A stretch of DNA of 61,246 nt, the filler included, from Sphacelaria rigidula (Eukaryota): the NCBI GenBank assembly GCA_964200075.2. It is 7 parts of 7 records of this genome, joined end to end, with 100 filler letters (N's around TTAATTAATTAA, not from the genome) between each part and the next. Parts side by side here need not be neighbours in the genome. Positions count along the whole stretch, not along the records: positions 17,531 to 26,194 come from CAXNAA020010457.1; positions 26,295 to 34,957 come from CAXNAA020010458.1; positions 35,058 to 43,720 come from CAXNAA020010459.1; 4 more parts are not named here. One strand, given 5' to 3'. Positions 24,102-37,050 of the stretch are shown piece after piece. Position 1 is the first letter of the stretch. Each line of letters begins with the position of its first letter. Made by a program: the position numbers and the translations under genes. The notes under the pieces were generated by a model, which saw only the letters and a program-made list of their open reading frames with translations, did not search any database and had not been told where the DNA came from.

Positions 24102-24469
24102 CACACTCTGGATAATGACAATATGTGGCCAATAGTTGCAAAAGACGAAATATATACTGCGCATAAGTATAGGCCTAGAGCGATGCTACGGGGGCACAAT
24201 TTTCTTCTGAAGGTAGAATTGTAAAAGAGCCCTCCATCTCATCCAAAATACGACTTATGAAATACTCCGGAGTGCGTGAGAGTACGCCAGGATTACTATT
24301 CCAATGTCCTAGGGATTTTCCCGAATGAATTTGCAAACGGAGATGCTTTGCCCCATATTCTCGTGAATGCAGAATCGTTAGGAGTCCCTGAACCAGACAA
24401 GATTTTGCACAAAAAGCGCATCCCTACCTGTTGAAACTGTTGATCATCTTGTTATTGTCCAGGGGAGTG
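24102..24469. mobile_element. Short degenerate member of the CACAC-terminus TIR family, with a nested GAG-MITE
   Basis: Left CACACTCTGGATAATGACAATATG, right TTATTGTCCAGGGGAGTG; flanks AAAGATAT / CAAGATGT (6/8). Confidence 0.55.
24178..24428. mobile_element. MITE of about 250 bp, GAG(Y)NATGCTACG terminus family
   Basis: Reverse-complement homolog of 36795-37050 and same-strand homolog of 34870-34957. Confidence 0.75.
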
Positions 24470-25390
24470 CAAGATGTAGACGTGCCCGACGAAAAATGTA
24501 CGGGAAACCACTCTCTAATTAGAATGCTCACGAAATCAGGAGGGAAAATGAAGAAAAAATGTTTTCATCAATATTATTGATATCATGAAATTGCACCGGA
24601 GAACGCGAATTCATATCTTGAATAGTATCCATATCGCTGATGAGCATCAACAAGGTTGCTTTATCATAGGGCTCCCCCTACTCGGATAAAATCACCTTGG
24701 TATAATCCAGCGTGTGGTCTGCTACAATACATGGTTTTCAGGGATAACATAACATTATTATTTAATCATCATCTGTTATTGATATAATGAATATACACCG
24801 GTTAGAGCGAATTGATATTAAAATTAGTGTTAATATTGTTAATACAGTATACTGCTACTAAGGGTTGTTTAGATCCCCTACTCGAATAAATCACCTTTTG
24901 TAAATCCAACGTCTTGTCTGCTACATGCATGGTGCTAAGGGATTACGGTATGGTATGCTCGAGTGACGTCCCAAGAAAACAGCTTACGATATGCTACGAG
25001 TAAGAAGAAAATATCCACCAACAGTCACACGCTAAACAATAGATTACATTAGTAGCATGTTTATACTCCGTACGGTATAAAATCTACTGTTACAGTAGAC
25101 GCAACAGTCGATACTGTACTGTGTACACAGTACACTTCTCCTTGACAGTGCAATCCACCGTCATTATCCACCATGTGCAAACAGTTCGGCGCTGTGAAGT
25201 CATTCCACGTACCTTTCATATACTTCTGTTACGAAACGTTTCACGTCTTAACAAACTTCCACACGTTTTTCTAGTATGAATACTACTTCGCAAAGAATTG
25301 GTGCGGTCCCACAAGACAGACCCCGAAGAGCCCAACAGTACTAAAAGCCATGACTATATTCTTCAAGATTGTGTTCTCAGGGGTATACCG

Positions 25391-25670
25391 GACACTTTCT
25401 ACGATGGGCTCCCCCTCCCCTCCCCGCGCGCGCAAAAAAAAAAGTGGCTGGTTTGGGGGGGGGGGCAAAATCTACACGTATATCGGAATGAAAAGAGCCG
25501 AGCACAACGAGCAGCTGGGAATTCTCACCCACGCTTGGGTTCGTTTTCGCCAATGCCGCTAATATGAGGCGCTTCATGCACAGCCTGAAACCAAACATCA
25601 GGCGCTGTATGACCATTTCTTCGTGATGCTTTTGGGCTGGTTTTGGGGGTGGGCTATCGTAGAAAGTGTC
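25391..25670. mobile_element. 280-bp TIR element
   Basis: GACACTTTCTACGAT / ATCGTAGAAAGTGTC, a 15-bp perfect IR; a similar right end recurs at about 17633-17654. Confidence 0.65.
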
Positions 25671-26294
25671 AAGGGCCCAACAGTACACAAAGCCATGACT
25701 ATATTTTGCGAGATACGTGTTCTACAGGGTATAACGGGTGAAATTCGGGTACAGTATTCCCACAAGAAGTAAAAGAGGCACTTCCTCGGAGGATACTCTT
25801 CCGGACTATACCGGGGTGGTCGGAGCAGGGCTCGACACCCTGTCGAGCCATACCAGGATGTTCGATACATATATTGGCCAATCCCTCGTCCTGAAAACTC
25901 TGTTTTTGAATTTGATTGCTGCTCCAAACTGTCGGACAGGCGTGACTGAGGCACGGCGTCAAAACATCGTCCGCCGTGATCGACCTCATACGACCACGCA
26001 CCCCTTCGTTACCGGCTATGTTACGCCCAATTGTGCAAGGGTCGGACATATCAATGATTCGTGTGGAAATTACTTGGTTTTAGTGTAATTGATCCAAATC
26101 GTACGAATCAATTCCTAGGCTTTGTTTTCAGCGTTGGAACCCAGGTGCATGCAGCCCAGACACGTGGAATGGCGCAAAAGTTGCGTGGATACCCNNNNNN
26201 NNNNNNNNNNNNNNNNNNNNNNNNNNNNNNNNNNNNNNTTAATTAATTAANNNNNNNNNNNNNNNNNNNNNNNNNNNNNNNNNNNNNNNNNNNN

Positions 26295-28745
26295 GGGAGC
26301 CTGGGGGGGGGGGGGCTGGTTCGTTGAGGAAGCCGAACTTGAGATTGTTGGCGCCCTGACGGCGTACACGTCCGAGTCGGGGTAGTGGGGGGGAGGAAGG
26401 GATCGCCTGTTAAGAAGGTCGACCTAGAGATATCTCGTCCTCTCGGTGCTATACAGAGACAGGAAGTACGGTGAAGAAAGAGGAGAACTTACTTGTGACG
26501 GGAGGAAAGCTTCGGATTTGCTTTTGGCCTGCGTGGGATACTTCGCGTATTACGCATGGTATGCCCATTGACAGGCGAAATTCTCTCAGAAGCGGCTGTA
26601 AGGGAGCTGAGATTTGTTGTCGCCCTGCGTAATGTACGTATGCGAGGGCAGGTGGGAAAGGGGGAGGGCTGATGGAGATGCGGAAGTTGTGGATGGTCGT
26701 CGCCCTCGATGAGATACTACCTGTCCATGTGTTGCGGCAGGTGGAAACGACGTATGCGGATGGGAAAAGGGGAAGGAAGGGCTTGCGTGTTGAGGAAGTC
26801 ACGCGTGAGATTTCCCGTCGCCTCGGTAGTGTACGCGTGGAAGTGGAGACGGGGGTGGGGAAGGGAGGGGGCTTGATCGTGAATAGGGAGTCGTCGTTGA
26901 AGTTTGTCGTGGCGTGGTTGGCATACGCATGTGAGGGAGGGCGGGGAGAGAGGAGGGTGTGCTCGTAGCGGAAGTCAAGCTTCCGATTTTCTTTTGGCCC
27001 GCGTGGGATACTCCCGTGTATTACGTATGGTATGCTCCTTGACGGGCGGAAGTCACCAAGAAGGGGGCAGTGAGGAAGTTGAGATTCGATGTCGCCCTGG
27101 GTAGTGTAGGCATGAGAGAGCAGGTGGGAAAGGGAGAGGTCTATTCGATGGAGAAGTCGAAGTTGCGGCTGGTCGTCGCCCTCGAGGATATACTACCTGT
27201 GGTATATGTTGCGGCCGGTGGAAGTGGCGTATGGGGCTGGGGAAGAGGAAGAAGGGCTTGCATGTTGGATACGTCAAGGTTTCAGATTTGTTGTCGCCCT
27301 GGGTGGTATACTCCGTGTGTCAGATGTTGTATGCGTGGTGACAGGCGAGATATGTATCGGGGGCAGGGGTTCGAAGGCCGCGGGGTGGGAGGGCTGGTCG
27401 TTGGCGTTGAGACGGGTGGGGGGAAGGGCTGGTCTGTGGAGGAAGTCAAGCTCGGGATTTCTGGTCGCGAAGTTTGTTGTGACGTGGTTGATATACGTAT
27501 GTGAGGGAGGGCGGAGAGACTGGAGAGTGTGCATGTAGCGGAAGTAAAGGTTCGGATTTGCTTTTGGCCTGCGTAGGATACTCCGTGTATCACGTATGGT
27601 ATACCCTTTGACAGGCGGAGTTTCCTCAGAAATGGACAGTGAGGGAGTCGAGATTTGTCGTCGCCCTGTGTAGTTAGTGTACGCATGAGATGGCAGGTGG
27701 GAAAGGGAGAGGGCTGGTTGATGATGAAGTCGAAGATGCGGATGGTCGTCGCCCTCGATGGGAATACTATATATGTCTCGAAGCAGACGGAAATGACGTA
27801 TGCGGATGGGGGAAGGGGAAGGAAGGGCTTGCGTGTTGAGGGAGTCACGCGTGAGGTTTCTCGTTGCCTCGGTGGTGTACCCGTAGAAGTGGAGACGCGC
27901 GCGGGGAAGGGAGAGGACTTGATTGTGAAGAGGGAGCCGACGTTGAAGTTTGTCGTGGCGTGGTTGGCATACGCATGTGAGAAAGGGCGGGGAGATGGGA
28001 GATTGTGCTTGTAGTGGAAATCAAACTTCGGATTTGCTTTTGACCTGCTTGGGATACTCGATGAATCACGTTTGGTGTACCCCTTGACAGGCGGGATTCG
28101 CCCAGAAAGAGGTAGTGGTGCTGTTGAGATTTGATGTTGCCATGGGTAGTGCAGGCATGAGATGGCAGGTGGGAAAGGGACAGGTCTGGTGAATGGAGAA
28201 GTCGAGGTTGCAAGTGGTCGTCACCATCGATGGGATAGTACCTGTGGTATGTGTTGCCGCCGGCGGAAATGACGTATGAGTCTGGGGAAGGGAAATATGG
28301 GTTGGCTTCTTCAAGAATGCGAGGTTGGGATTTGTTGTCGCCCTGGGTGGTATACTCCGTGGGTCAAGATGTTGTATCCGTGGTGGCAGGCGACATTTGC
28401 ATCGGGGAGGGCGGTCGGACGGCCCGCGGAGTGGAAGGGCTGGTCGTTGGCGTCAAGGCGGGTGGGGGGGTCGGCTGACCTGTTGAGGGAGTCAACCTCG
28501 CGAGGTTTCTCGTTGACTCGGTGATACACGAGTTGAGGTGGAGACGGGGGCGGGAAGGGAGGAGACTTGATCGTGAATACGGAGTCGACGTTGGAGGTTG
28601 TTGTGTCGTGGTTGCAATACGCACGTGAGGGAGGGCGGAGAGACAGAAGAGCGTGCTTCTAGCGAAAGTCAAGCTTAGGATTTACTTATGGCGTGCGTGG
28701 GGTACTCCGTGTATCACGCATGGTATGCTCTTTGACAGGCGGAAT
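26295..28745. repeat. G/purine-rich complex tandem repeat with higher-order structure
   Basis: TTCGGATTTGCTTTTGGCCTGCGTGGGATACTCC-like block recurs at about 26510, 26980, 27550, 28027 and 28674; internal 80-120-bp submonomers around GTCGCCCT. Confidence 0.9.
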
Positions 28746-28748
28746 TCG

Positions 28749-29186
28749 TGTCGTGGTCGAGTCTCAGGGTGGCGTATAAACCTCGTGGGACATAGGCTGG
28801 GGGTGGTGAAACACCAGCGGCCAGCCTAACCGTTACTGCAGGCAAGCAGTTGTACTGCACCAGAGACTCACCGAAGAGTTCGATTCAACCAGCACTGCAT
28901 ACATCATGCACAACACAGGCTTACTTTCACGAGCAGAAGAGGTACTCTTGACTTGCTTGCAAGCGAGGTGTCTCCAAGTGGTGGCCGATAGTTTTGTCAT
29001 TAGGCTCAGCTACTAGTTAGCTACAACTGAAGTTGCTAGATGATGGAAGTTGTGAGGGCGAGGGGCTCCGGTGAAGGACGCCCAATCGGAATACAACACC
29101 AACATGCGAATGGAATAAGACCTACTGCACTTGCCACGCGTACTGCAAAACGCCTACTACACATACAGTCGATATCCGCCGTAACA
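28749..29186 (-). repeat. 3' LTR of a minus-strand LTR retrotransposon
   Basis: TGTCGTGG...CCGTAACA termini; adjacent polypurine tract GGGAGGGGGA on the minus strand (29187-29196). Confidence 0.75.
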
Positions 29187-31780
29187 TCCCCCTCCCTTGC
29201 TTCGTGCACGCTGCCAATGGAAGGTAAGGACAGTCACAGCTTAATGCACTCCGGGGGAATTCCCTCTACTTTGCATGCCATCAGCCTAAGATTACGGTAG
29301 CAACGAGAAAACCGCAGAATTTCGGGGCTAAGACTAACCGCGGGAAAAACTCGTCATGAAATTGGAAGGATGGGCAAAACCTGGTTTTCAGGGAAAAGCC
29401 TCATCGCTCGGGGAAAAAATCTCCCACGCCCTTCCGGATCATAGCGAGTGCTTTCGCATGTGCTATGCCGTTCCGGGATCCCAGTTACACCGGGAACATA
29501 AATCACGGAGATAGTCGGTGACTATTTTCCGATGGTAACGGCGCTTAGACACTCTTGATTGATTTACAATGCCGGGTAGTGTAGGACTCGCAAAAAGAGC
29601 TGGCCCAATAAAAGAAACCCAAGAAAGCGCTTAATGGCTGATGAGTGCGTAGGCTTTTCTCTCACCGACCAGCAGGAACCGACATACTGCACACAGGGGG
29701 TCTCCTATATCTTAGATCAACGGTTCCGTCATGGTACAGTGTCCAAGCAGGTACTCGGTGCCCACCCTTGCTGTACCATGCTCACTCCACGATATGATAT
29801 GCTCTACTCGAAAGGGGTGGGGCACCCTAAAATCGGATCAACGTTCTTCGAAGACGAAGAAACGTGATGAACGAACCGGGTACGTGAAACAAAGGGTGGG
29901 ATCAGGTCTGACAAAATCAAGAAATCAATAATCTCCATGGAGTGCAAGACCGGGAAAAACAAAGGGCGGGCCAAGATCAACTCTGCGAAAAGATGTAAAG
30001 GAAAAAGGAACCCGAAAAATAGTGCTGGAGGAACGAACCAGGCCCACAACAAAAAGAGAAGGGAGAAAGGAAACTGAAACATGAAAGAAAACTATAAAGG
30101 GCCCACCACGTCCTTAATACGAACAAAACAACTCATGAAACATGAAAACAGTAAAAAATATAGGACTGACACGAGAAAAATGAGCAGTTCCTACGAAATC
30201 AAGAGAAACCAAAACGGAATAGGGAAGAAGAACAAATGGAATCCAGACTAGAAATAACCGGACAGAGAAAAAAAGGATGAGGCCCTGAGGAGGAAGTTCT
30301 GCTCCGAAAAAACGAGGCAAACAAATCGAGAAAGCGCCCCCCTCAAAAACAAATCAAGATCAAACGTTGTAAGGTGAGAAAATAAAGCCGGGAATGATAC
30401 AAGGTATATAATCGAGTTCATGATCAACGGGAAAACACGAGTGAAAACAGACCCGAAGAGAGTAGGAAAAAGGTAAGTACTGAACAGCTGTTCCAATAAA
30501 AAGAAAGAAACAGTACTGAACTACTGCTCATTACTATATAAAATAAAATGCAAATACAAAGCGCCGCTCGCCCCTGTAACGCACCACAAAACGGTCTCCA
30601 GCTTTCCTTCTCACAATATTAATGCCTTTCTCTGCTTCGCTCGCTCAATGCCATCGACTCGCTCGTCTGGGTCATTTGCTAGAGCTCTTCACTTGAAGAC
30701 TCCTCTCAGTCTTCGGCGTCTCATCATTTCTTTCGAAGCATTCACCGTCGTCGAACACTTGTCCTTTTTGCTGAGCTCCGTCAATATCATCTCGGAATGC
30801 GAAACCTATGAGGAAACAAGTTCAGAACATCACTGCGCGATAGAGGGACATGGCGTGCTCAGGCGGGATAGCATACTTGATGCCTTGGCTGGGTGGTGCA
30901 GATGCCAAAGGGCGTAGAACCCGTCCACTCGGGAAGCATCAGGCTTTCCAGGACTCTGCTTCCTGGTAGCTTCTCTGACATTGCTCCATCCTGGGCCTTT
31001 GCTCGCTATCTCCAACCTTTTTTTTCCCTTAGATTTAAACTCGCGACGGTGTTTAAGGTGAGGAGGTGGGGTGTGGGGTTTTAGAAGGTTGGCGTCGCCT
31101 CGAAGTCTGGTGTTCAACCAAACTAGGCGGACCCGTCAGCGGTTGAATATCTCAGATGGGGCAGGTAACGGTGTGTGGTTCGACCTATGGCGGACTATCT
31201 TGCGCGGACGTATTTTGTGTCTTTGCATCACCACGTCCAGACCGCGTGCCGTCATTAATCCTTGCCAACTTTCCATGTACCGTGTACTAGTGCGGCAATT
31301 TCCTGCCGTGGCCATCCCGACATTGAGATCTCACCTTCCGGATCCATCACCAGTCTTACCTCGCATAGGTGCTATTCGCGCTGTTCTACGAAAGGGTCCA
31401 GTCTTGCACTCGGTTCTGCTTCTTGTGATATACATGAAGGTCAGCTGAGATATATGCGTGTTGTTGCGTCGACACGGCAACTTGGGGAATGGAGCAGCGT
31501 GTCAAGCAATGTGCGCTTGGTTCAAGGGGCCAATGAGACGTGTTCGCCCCACCTGACTTGCAAAGCTCTGACAACATATCCAGCATACATCCTCCTGGTC
31601 TCACGACTGCGTTCTTACCGCGTGGGAGATCTGACGCTTCGGAAAGAAATGCCTTCTTTCAGTCACCTGCCCAAATGGGTGCCTACCTCCACGCTAAACT
31701 CTTCGCCTCTGTTCCGCGAATCTTTTGAGGGGCACCGCAAGTTAGGCACATTCTGCAGGGGCACTGACTACCCCGTTGAC
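29187..31780 (-). mobile_element. Heavily degenerate internal 3' region of a Gypsy-like element
   Basis: Abuts the PPT and LTR; minus-strand remnants RLIGPL (GPF/Y-like), RYMESWQG and RKIVRHR (chromodomain-like). Confidence 0.5.
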
Positions 31781-32227
31781 GTGTTTTGATGGCTGCGGAA
31801 AATCAATTGGGGATCAAGAAGCGTGGTCAAGTGCCTGCAGATGTCAGTGTATGTCAGTGCAGCATTACCTCAATTGTTGGCAAGTTGGTGTATGTGAGTG
31901 CAACATTACCTCAATTGTTGGCAAGTTGATCACCCCGCCCCATGGGTCTACCCCACGCCCCTACCTGATGGCCGTTTGGTGACTGCTTGACCTCTTGGGC
32001 CTCCTACAACGGCATGTCAGCACATCTTGCCTGATATCGTTCGTACTTGTTGACGAAAGGGAGCGGTCACGCATCGTGGAAAGAGTGGCGCCTACTGCTA
32101 ACTTTTCGAGTGCCAATCATTATTGTGGAACCGCAGACGGGTCCTCAGCATCGACTCCCAGGTATCACTTTTATGTCGTACTCAGATAGCCTCTCACCTA
32201 CCGTTTCGGCAGTCGTTTTCCCCCAGG

Positions 32228-33231
32228 TCCGATGATTATGTGGGGATTTCAGAAATAGTAGAAGGATTGCAAAAACAGATAGACGAGGCGCAAGAATACA
32301 CTAGGCAATGGAGAGTGACAGCGAACAGCGAAGGAGAGTGACAGCGAATGTGAAAATATGCGCGATACTCGTCTGTAACGAGGATGAGAAAAATCCACTG
32401 GGGTTCAGGTGGAAGTGGGGAGGAGAGGAAATGTCGATTCTAGACCAATATACTTACCTTGGCGTAGAGATCTCAAAACACTGTTCTTGGGATGCACCAA
32501 TTGACAACGTAATATAAAAGGGTAAGGCACAGATGGGAAGTTTGAACGTGATCCTCAGAGACCCGCACCCAGACACCAGGATTGAGATATGTATCCTGAC
32601 GAACTTAATCGTACCACAGCTGGAATATGCGGAAGCATAGGGGTGGAACGTGAAATTGGTGTAGAAGCTAGAAACAGTACAGAGAGCAGCAGCCAAGAAG
32701 ATATTTGGATGCTCGGACCTGCTCGAAAGATTAATTGATTGATTGTCGCACTTCAACTGACCCCCCAGGGGTCCAGCCGTGGTCTCATGATAGACATACC
32801 CACGAACAACGAAACTGGAATACGCTTTGAGGAAAAGGAGGAAAAGAGAAGAAAAAAAAAAAATATATATATATATACCAGTAATCGGAAAGAGGAGGAA
32901 GTTGATAGACAAAACTACATTTGTGATAAAGCAATCGAGAGCACAAGTAGTAAAGTGGCGCAATGTGAACTGTACAAGGAGGAACAGCACGTGCTAGAGG
33001 GGGGAATGCGGGACGTGAACGAAGGAGGCATGCACTCGTCTGATGTATTAGCTACGTAGAAGGGTTTTGCGCAGCGTACGGGAGAAACGTAATGAGCTAT
33101 GCAAGAAGCGTAGTGCGCGCCGGAATGTTGAAGGTGTCTCTATTAGGAGTAGGAGCGGTGCTCCGTCTCAAAAGGGATGCGTGGTCAATGGTCAAACGAC
33201 CAAAGCAAGCAACAAGTGAGTACGCCCCCCC
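32228..33231 (+). mobile_element. 5'-truncated, internally deleted C-tailed LINE (late RT motifs plus 3' end) with an antisense insertion starting near 32733
   Basis: DDYVGISE..EGLQKQIDEAQEYTRQWRVTAN; YTYLGVEIS; 3' end GAGTACG followed by a C run. Confidence 0.85.
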
Positions 33232-34682
33232 TCAGATTCGATTGCACCTGTTCTCACAAAGGGTTTCCTTGCTGGCGATCAGACTGGATGCTTTGGTCAG
33301 GTCTACGGAGCACGATCATTCGCCACTGTGTCCAGTTCGAGGTCTATCGGATGTAGGCGTGCCCCCCCCTGCGGAGAGCACTTCGCCTACCTTCGTTCCT
33401 TCGCAAACTGTGCAGAATGACCAGTACTCACACCTGTTACGGAACCTTGATCGGTGCTATTCAGGCGGTCTCGGGTCTACCACTTGGGGAGCTACGTGAC
33501 GCTACTCGACAAAAAAGGTGGCGTTGATTTGCTGCGAATGGAGTACGGTACTCTCAAACGAGAGGGTTTTTGTTGCTCACACTTGATGGTGACCATAACG
33601 TGTTTAGGGTCCGTGGAGAACAGCCCAGTGTCCAGAGCCCAGCAGGACGCCCACCAGCTTCCGTTTCTCCGATTCACCCACCTGTTAACCTTACGCTATA
33701 ACCTTCCCGATATATGGTTACACCATCTTCTCAGATGTCTAGCAAACCGCCATTGGCTACGATCGGTGGAGCCGCACTCGATGCCCGATCTCACCCCTTA
33801 TCCCGAGTTGGCTTTCGTTGCGCTCAGTGGTCGTCCCTGGAGTTTGCCATCGCAGGTTTCTCAAGACACATGTACCTGGGGTGTACTTTCGTGCGTCGGG
33901 CAATGGCTCTAGCAAAATATTTGCCAAACAAAACACCATGGATGGGCGGGGCTGTACGCTTGCAACATGAAGGTAGCAAAAACAAATAGCGAAGATGGCT
34001 ATGGAGTAAAATTGCCACGGGGAGTAGAGAATATAACTGAAAATGTAGAAAGAGAGGAGACAAACGGCAGAAAATCAAGGGGTACCATACGGCAGACAGG
34101 GGGGCACACGGGAAAAAACAAATCGAGTCGATGAAAGGAGAGAATGACGCAAACAGTGCATCGTGGGCTACTACTGCTAAATGCAGACGATGAGGGATCA
34201 CTAGTATAAAACAGTGTGGCCGCGAAAGAGAAAAAAATCAGCAACAAGAAAAATACCAGCGGGAGAGGGAAGTAACATGGTATGATGCGATGCCAACGAC
34301 CATGGTATGGCTCGCGGCAATACGCAGGTACGTTCGAGGCGACAGGAGCGAGCAAAAGCGAACAGCAAAAGCGGCAGGGGCGGACGGGGGGGTTTAGTAT
34401 TAGTGCGCGCTCTTCCGATGTTCGTGTGCAATTCCGAAACCTCAAAAATAAACAAAGACGTAAAAGTAAATAATAAATAGAATACAATACAATACAACAA
34501 AATAAAATAAAATATGGGTCACTGTGAAGGGAAGAGTCAAACGCAACTCTACAGTAGAAGCAGGGTGAACAGAACAAAATGGTCAAGGCGTGAGCCACGC
34601 ATATAGTAGCTTTTACAATCGGTGTGTCTACTGCTGCCGATCAATGGAACTGGTTGCCCCCAATTTCCCGACGTGAAGAAGC

Positions 34683-34760
34683 CCATGTAGTGACGGTTCC
34701 ATGAAGTGTAGTGACGGTCTCATGTAGTGTAGTAACGGTCCCATGCAGTGAAGTGACGAT
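34683..34760. repeat. Minisatellite of about 21 bp (CATGTAGTGTAGTGACGGTCC-like)
   Basis: About 4 degenerate tandem copies. Confidence 0.7.
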
Positions 34761-34869
34761 ATGATGTGTCGAAATGTAGGCCGATGAGAAGATCCCAATG
34801 TAGGGGCGACACAATGACAATGCAGTGGCGACATGTTGTGGCGTGTAGCGGAAGCGAATCCATACGACT

Positions 34870-34957
34870 GAGTGATGCTACGGTAGGGGTACTCAAATAA
34901 TGTCTGAGGTTAGAATTGTCAGGAGCCCTTTATCTCATCTAAAACACGACTTATGAA
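34870..34957. mobile_element. GAG-terminus MITE truncated by the contig end
   Basis: GAGTGATGCTACGGTAGGGG terminus; body matches about 24178-24262. Confidence 0.75.
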
Positions 34958-35063
34958 NNNNNNNNNNNNNNNNNNNNNNNNNNNNNNNNNNNNNNNNNNN
35001 NTTAATTAATTAANNNNNNNNNNNNNNNNNNNNNNNNNNNNNNNNNNNNNNNNNNNNTCCAAT

Positions 35064-35064
<1 letters not shown>

Positions 35065-35097
<33 letters not shown>

Positions 35098-35161
35098 GTA
35101 ATAATAACAATAATGATAATAATAGTAATAATAGTAATAATGATAATAATGATAATAATGA

Positions 35162-35192
<31 letters not shown>

Positions 35193-35257
35193 AAGAAGAA
35201 GAAGAAGAATGATGATAATAATAGTAGTAATAATAACAACAACAATAATAATAATAC
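35065..35257. repeat. Compound microsatellite (TAA)n/(GAA)n/(CAA)n
   Basis: Read directly; probably the tail of a minus-strand non-LTR 3' end at about 35258-35400. Confidence 0.95.
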
Positions 35258-36064
35258 TGCACGCGTACTTACCCGATGGCGCCGTGAATAATCTTGTGCA
35301 ACGAAGAGAGTACCTGTGTAGTCCAAGCCTTCCCAGGTAACTCTTCCCGAGGGGGGAATCCTTTCAGGGACGGAGCGCCCGTAGGAATACGCTATATTTA
35401 GCGGTTGGAAGGGATCGGGGGGGGGGGCGACGGGAGGTGGAACACTCTATCATGTGAGAAAGTAGAAAAAAAGTGACATGGATGCAGCCCTTCCAGCCAA
35501 AGTGAGCAAGATCAGAGATTCAAGAATTGTGGTATATTCATGACATGTTTGCGAATTACCAGCTATGTTCGAATATAGCCTGGTGGCTTGCTATCTTTAG
35601 ACTCGCCGCGGACTCATGGCGGTTGTACGGCCCACTTGCGTCACTCCTCAAAAAGACCGAAGCCTAAACACGATGAAGCGCGGCAGAGTAATGTCTGGAA
35701 GAGAGAGTTCACGCCCTGCATAATCATGGAACCTCCGATGTTGGCGAGCATTCCTGAGAATGGTGCTCCGAGACAATGAAAACATTCTCACGAAGTACAC
35801 GTTTGATCTACTTTGACGGGATAAGGCAACGTATCCACTGCCTGACCATAAGACACAATTGCATTGCATATTCTCCCGAACACCGGGTGGGCCAATCTAC
35901 GGATGTGTATATGCTTTGTACTTGATCAGGCGGTCAGAGTACGTTCACAAACAGTCGCCATTCACGTGCACTCGAATCGTAGCAAGATGTATCGCATTTC
36001 GGGATGCAACCAAATAAATATCAAATAACATCGACGTTCCATAGTACTGCCTATACATAACCGT

Positions 36065-36496
36065 CGATCATCGAAATTGAGGATGGAGCTTTTCATCTAA
36101 AATGAGAACCCGGAGGATTAACATATTTGTATCTACACCAAACCTTCGAAATATGATTACATTCCTTGACCTAATTGTAGTTATTGACAAGTACTATACA
36201 TCATGCAAATTGTGGTTTCGATCACCGAAATGTTGGGTCCTAGGTGAAAAACCAATTTCGGGGAATTTCGGCGATCCGATCGGATCACTTAAATTCCTCA
36301 AACTTATTTCTTCACCTAGGACCCCAACATGTCGGTTATCGAAATCCAAATTTGTAGGGCGTGTAGCACTTGTCCATAGCAACCAGTAGGTGAATGAATG
36401 GAACCGTGTTTCGAAGATTTGGTGTGAATACGAAGATTTGAATCCTCCGGGTTCTCATCCCCAATAAGAAGATCCATCCTCTATTTCGATGATCGA
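36065..36496. mobile_element. MITE or foldback element with imperfect TIRs of about 60 bp
   Basis: TCGATCATCGAAATTGAGGATGGA..ATGAGAACCCGGAGGATT versus AATCCTCCGGGTTCTCAT..TCCATCCTCTATTTCGATGATCGA. Confidence 0.75.
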
Positions 36497-36794
36497 ATAT
36501 TGTATCCATACTTTGATCACACTACAACAGCCGGCCGACACTGCTCTGAGTGAAGAGAGGGTATGTCAATCGATGCCAACAGCGAATTTGCGTACTGCTC
36601 CAGGCGCCACTTCGGCCATACGTTGGCCCTCTGTCGCTAGTTTCCACAGCATAGTAAGGCACAAGCAACGGGCAGTCGGAGGTGTGCTACTCGCAAAAGG
36701 AAGCAACGGTGTGTGATCTTGACCCATTCTATTTAAAGAGGGGTTCACGATTATTTTTGTCATTCCTAGACGTCTCTATGAGCTCACCAGTGGC

Positions 36795-37050
36795 GAGCAA
36801 TGCTACGGTACGGATGCACTTTTTGCGCAATATTTTGTCTGGTTCAGGGGCTCCTGAGGATTCTAGATGCACAAGAATATGAGTCAGGGCATCCCAGCTT
36901 GCAAATCCATTCGGGATATTCCAAGCACATTGGAGTAGTAATCCTGGCGTACTTTCACATATTGCAGAAGTTGTGTTTTGGATTAGGTAAAGGGCTCCTG
37001 ACGATTCTAACCCCAGGGAATATTTGTGCACCCCTACCGTAGCATCCATG
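36795..37050. mobile_element. GAG-terminus MITE, both ends present
   Basis: GAGCAATGCTACGGTA ... CCCCTACCGTAGCAT. Confidence 0.78.

Noticed and set aside
26449-28672. Repeated ORFs within the satellite as a repeat protein
   Set aside because: Frequent frame changes and stops, no domain signature, explained by G-rich tandem DNA
29636-29670. Hammerhead ribozyme at CTGATGAG (also about 12058 and 24638)
   Set aside because: No stem II followed by GAAA at the required spacing
35006-35340. Poly-L/F/Y/R ORFs (also 50046-50501, 52752-53179, 55127-55473, 36729-37320)
   Set aside because: Translations of microsatellites
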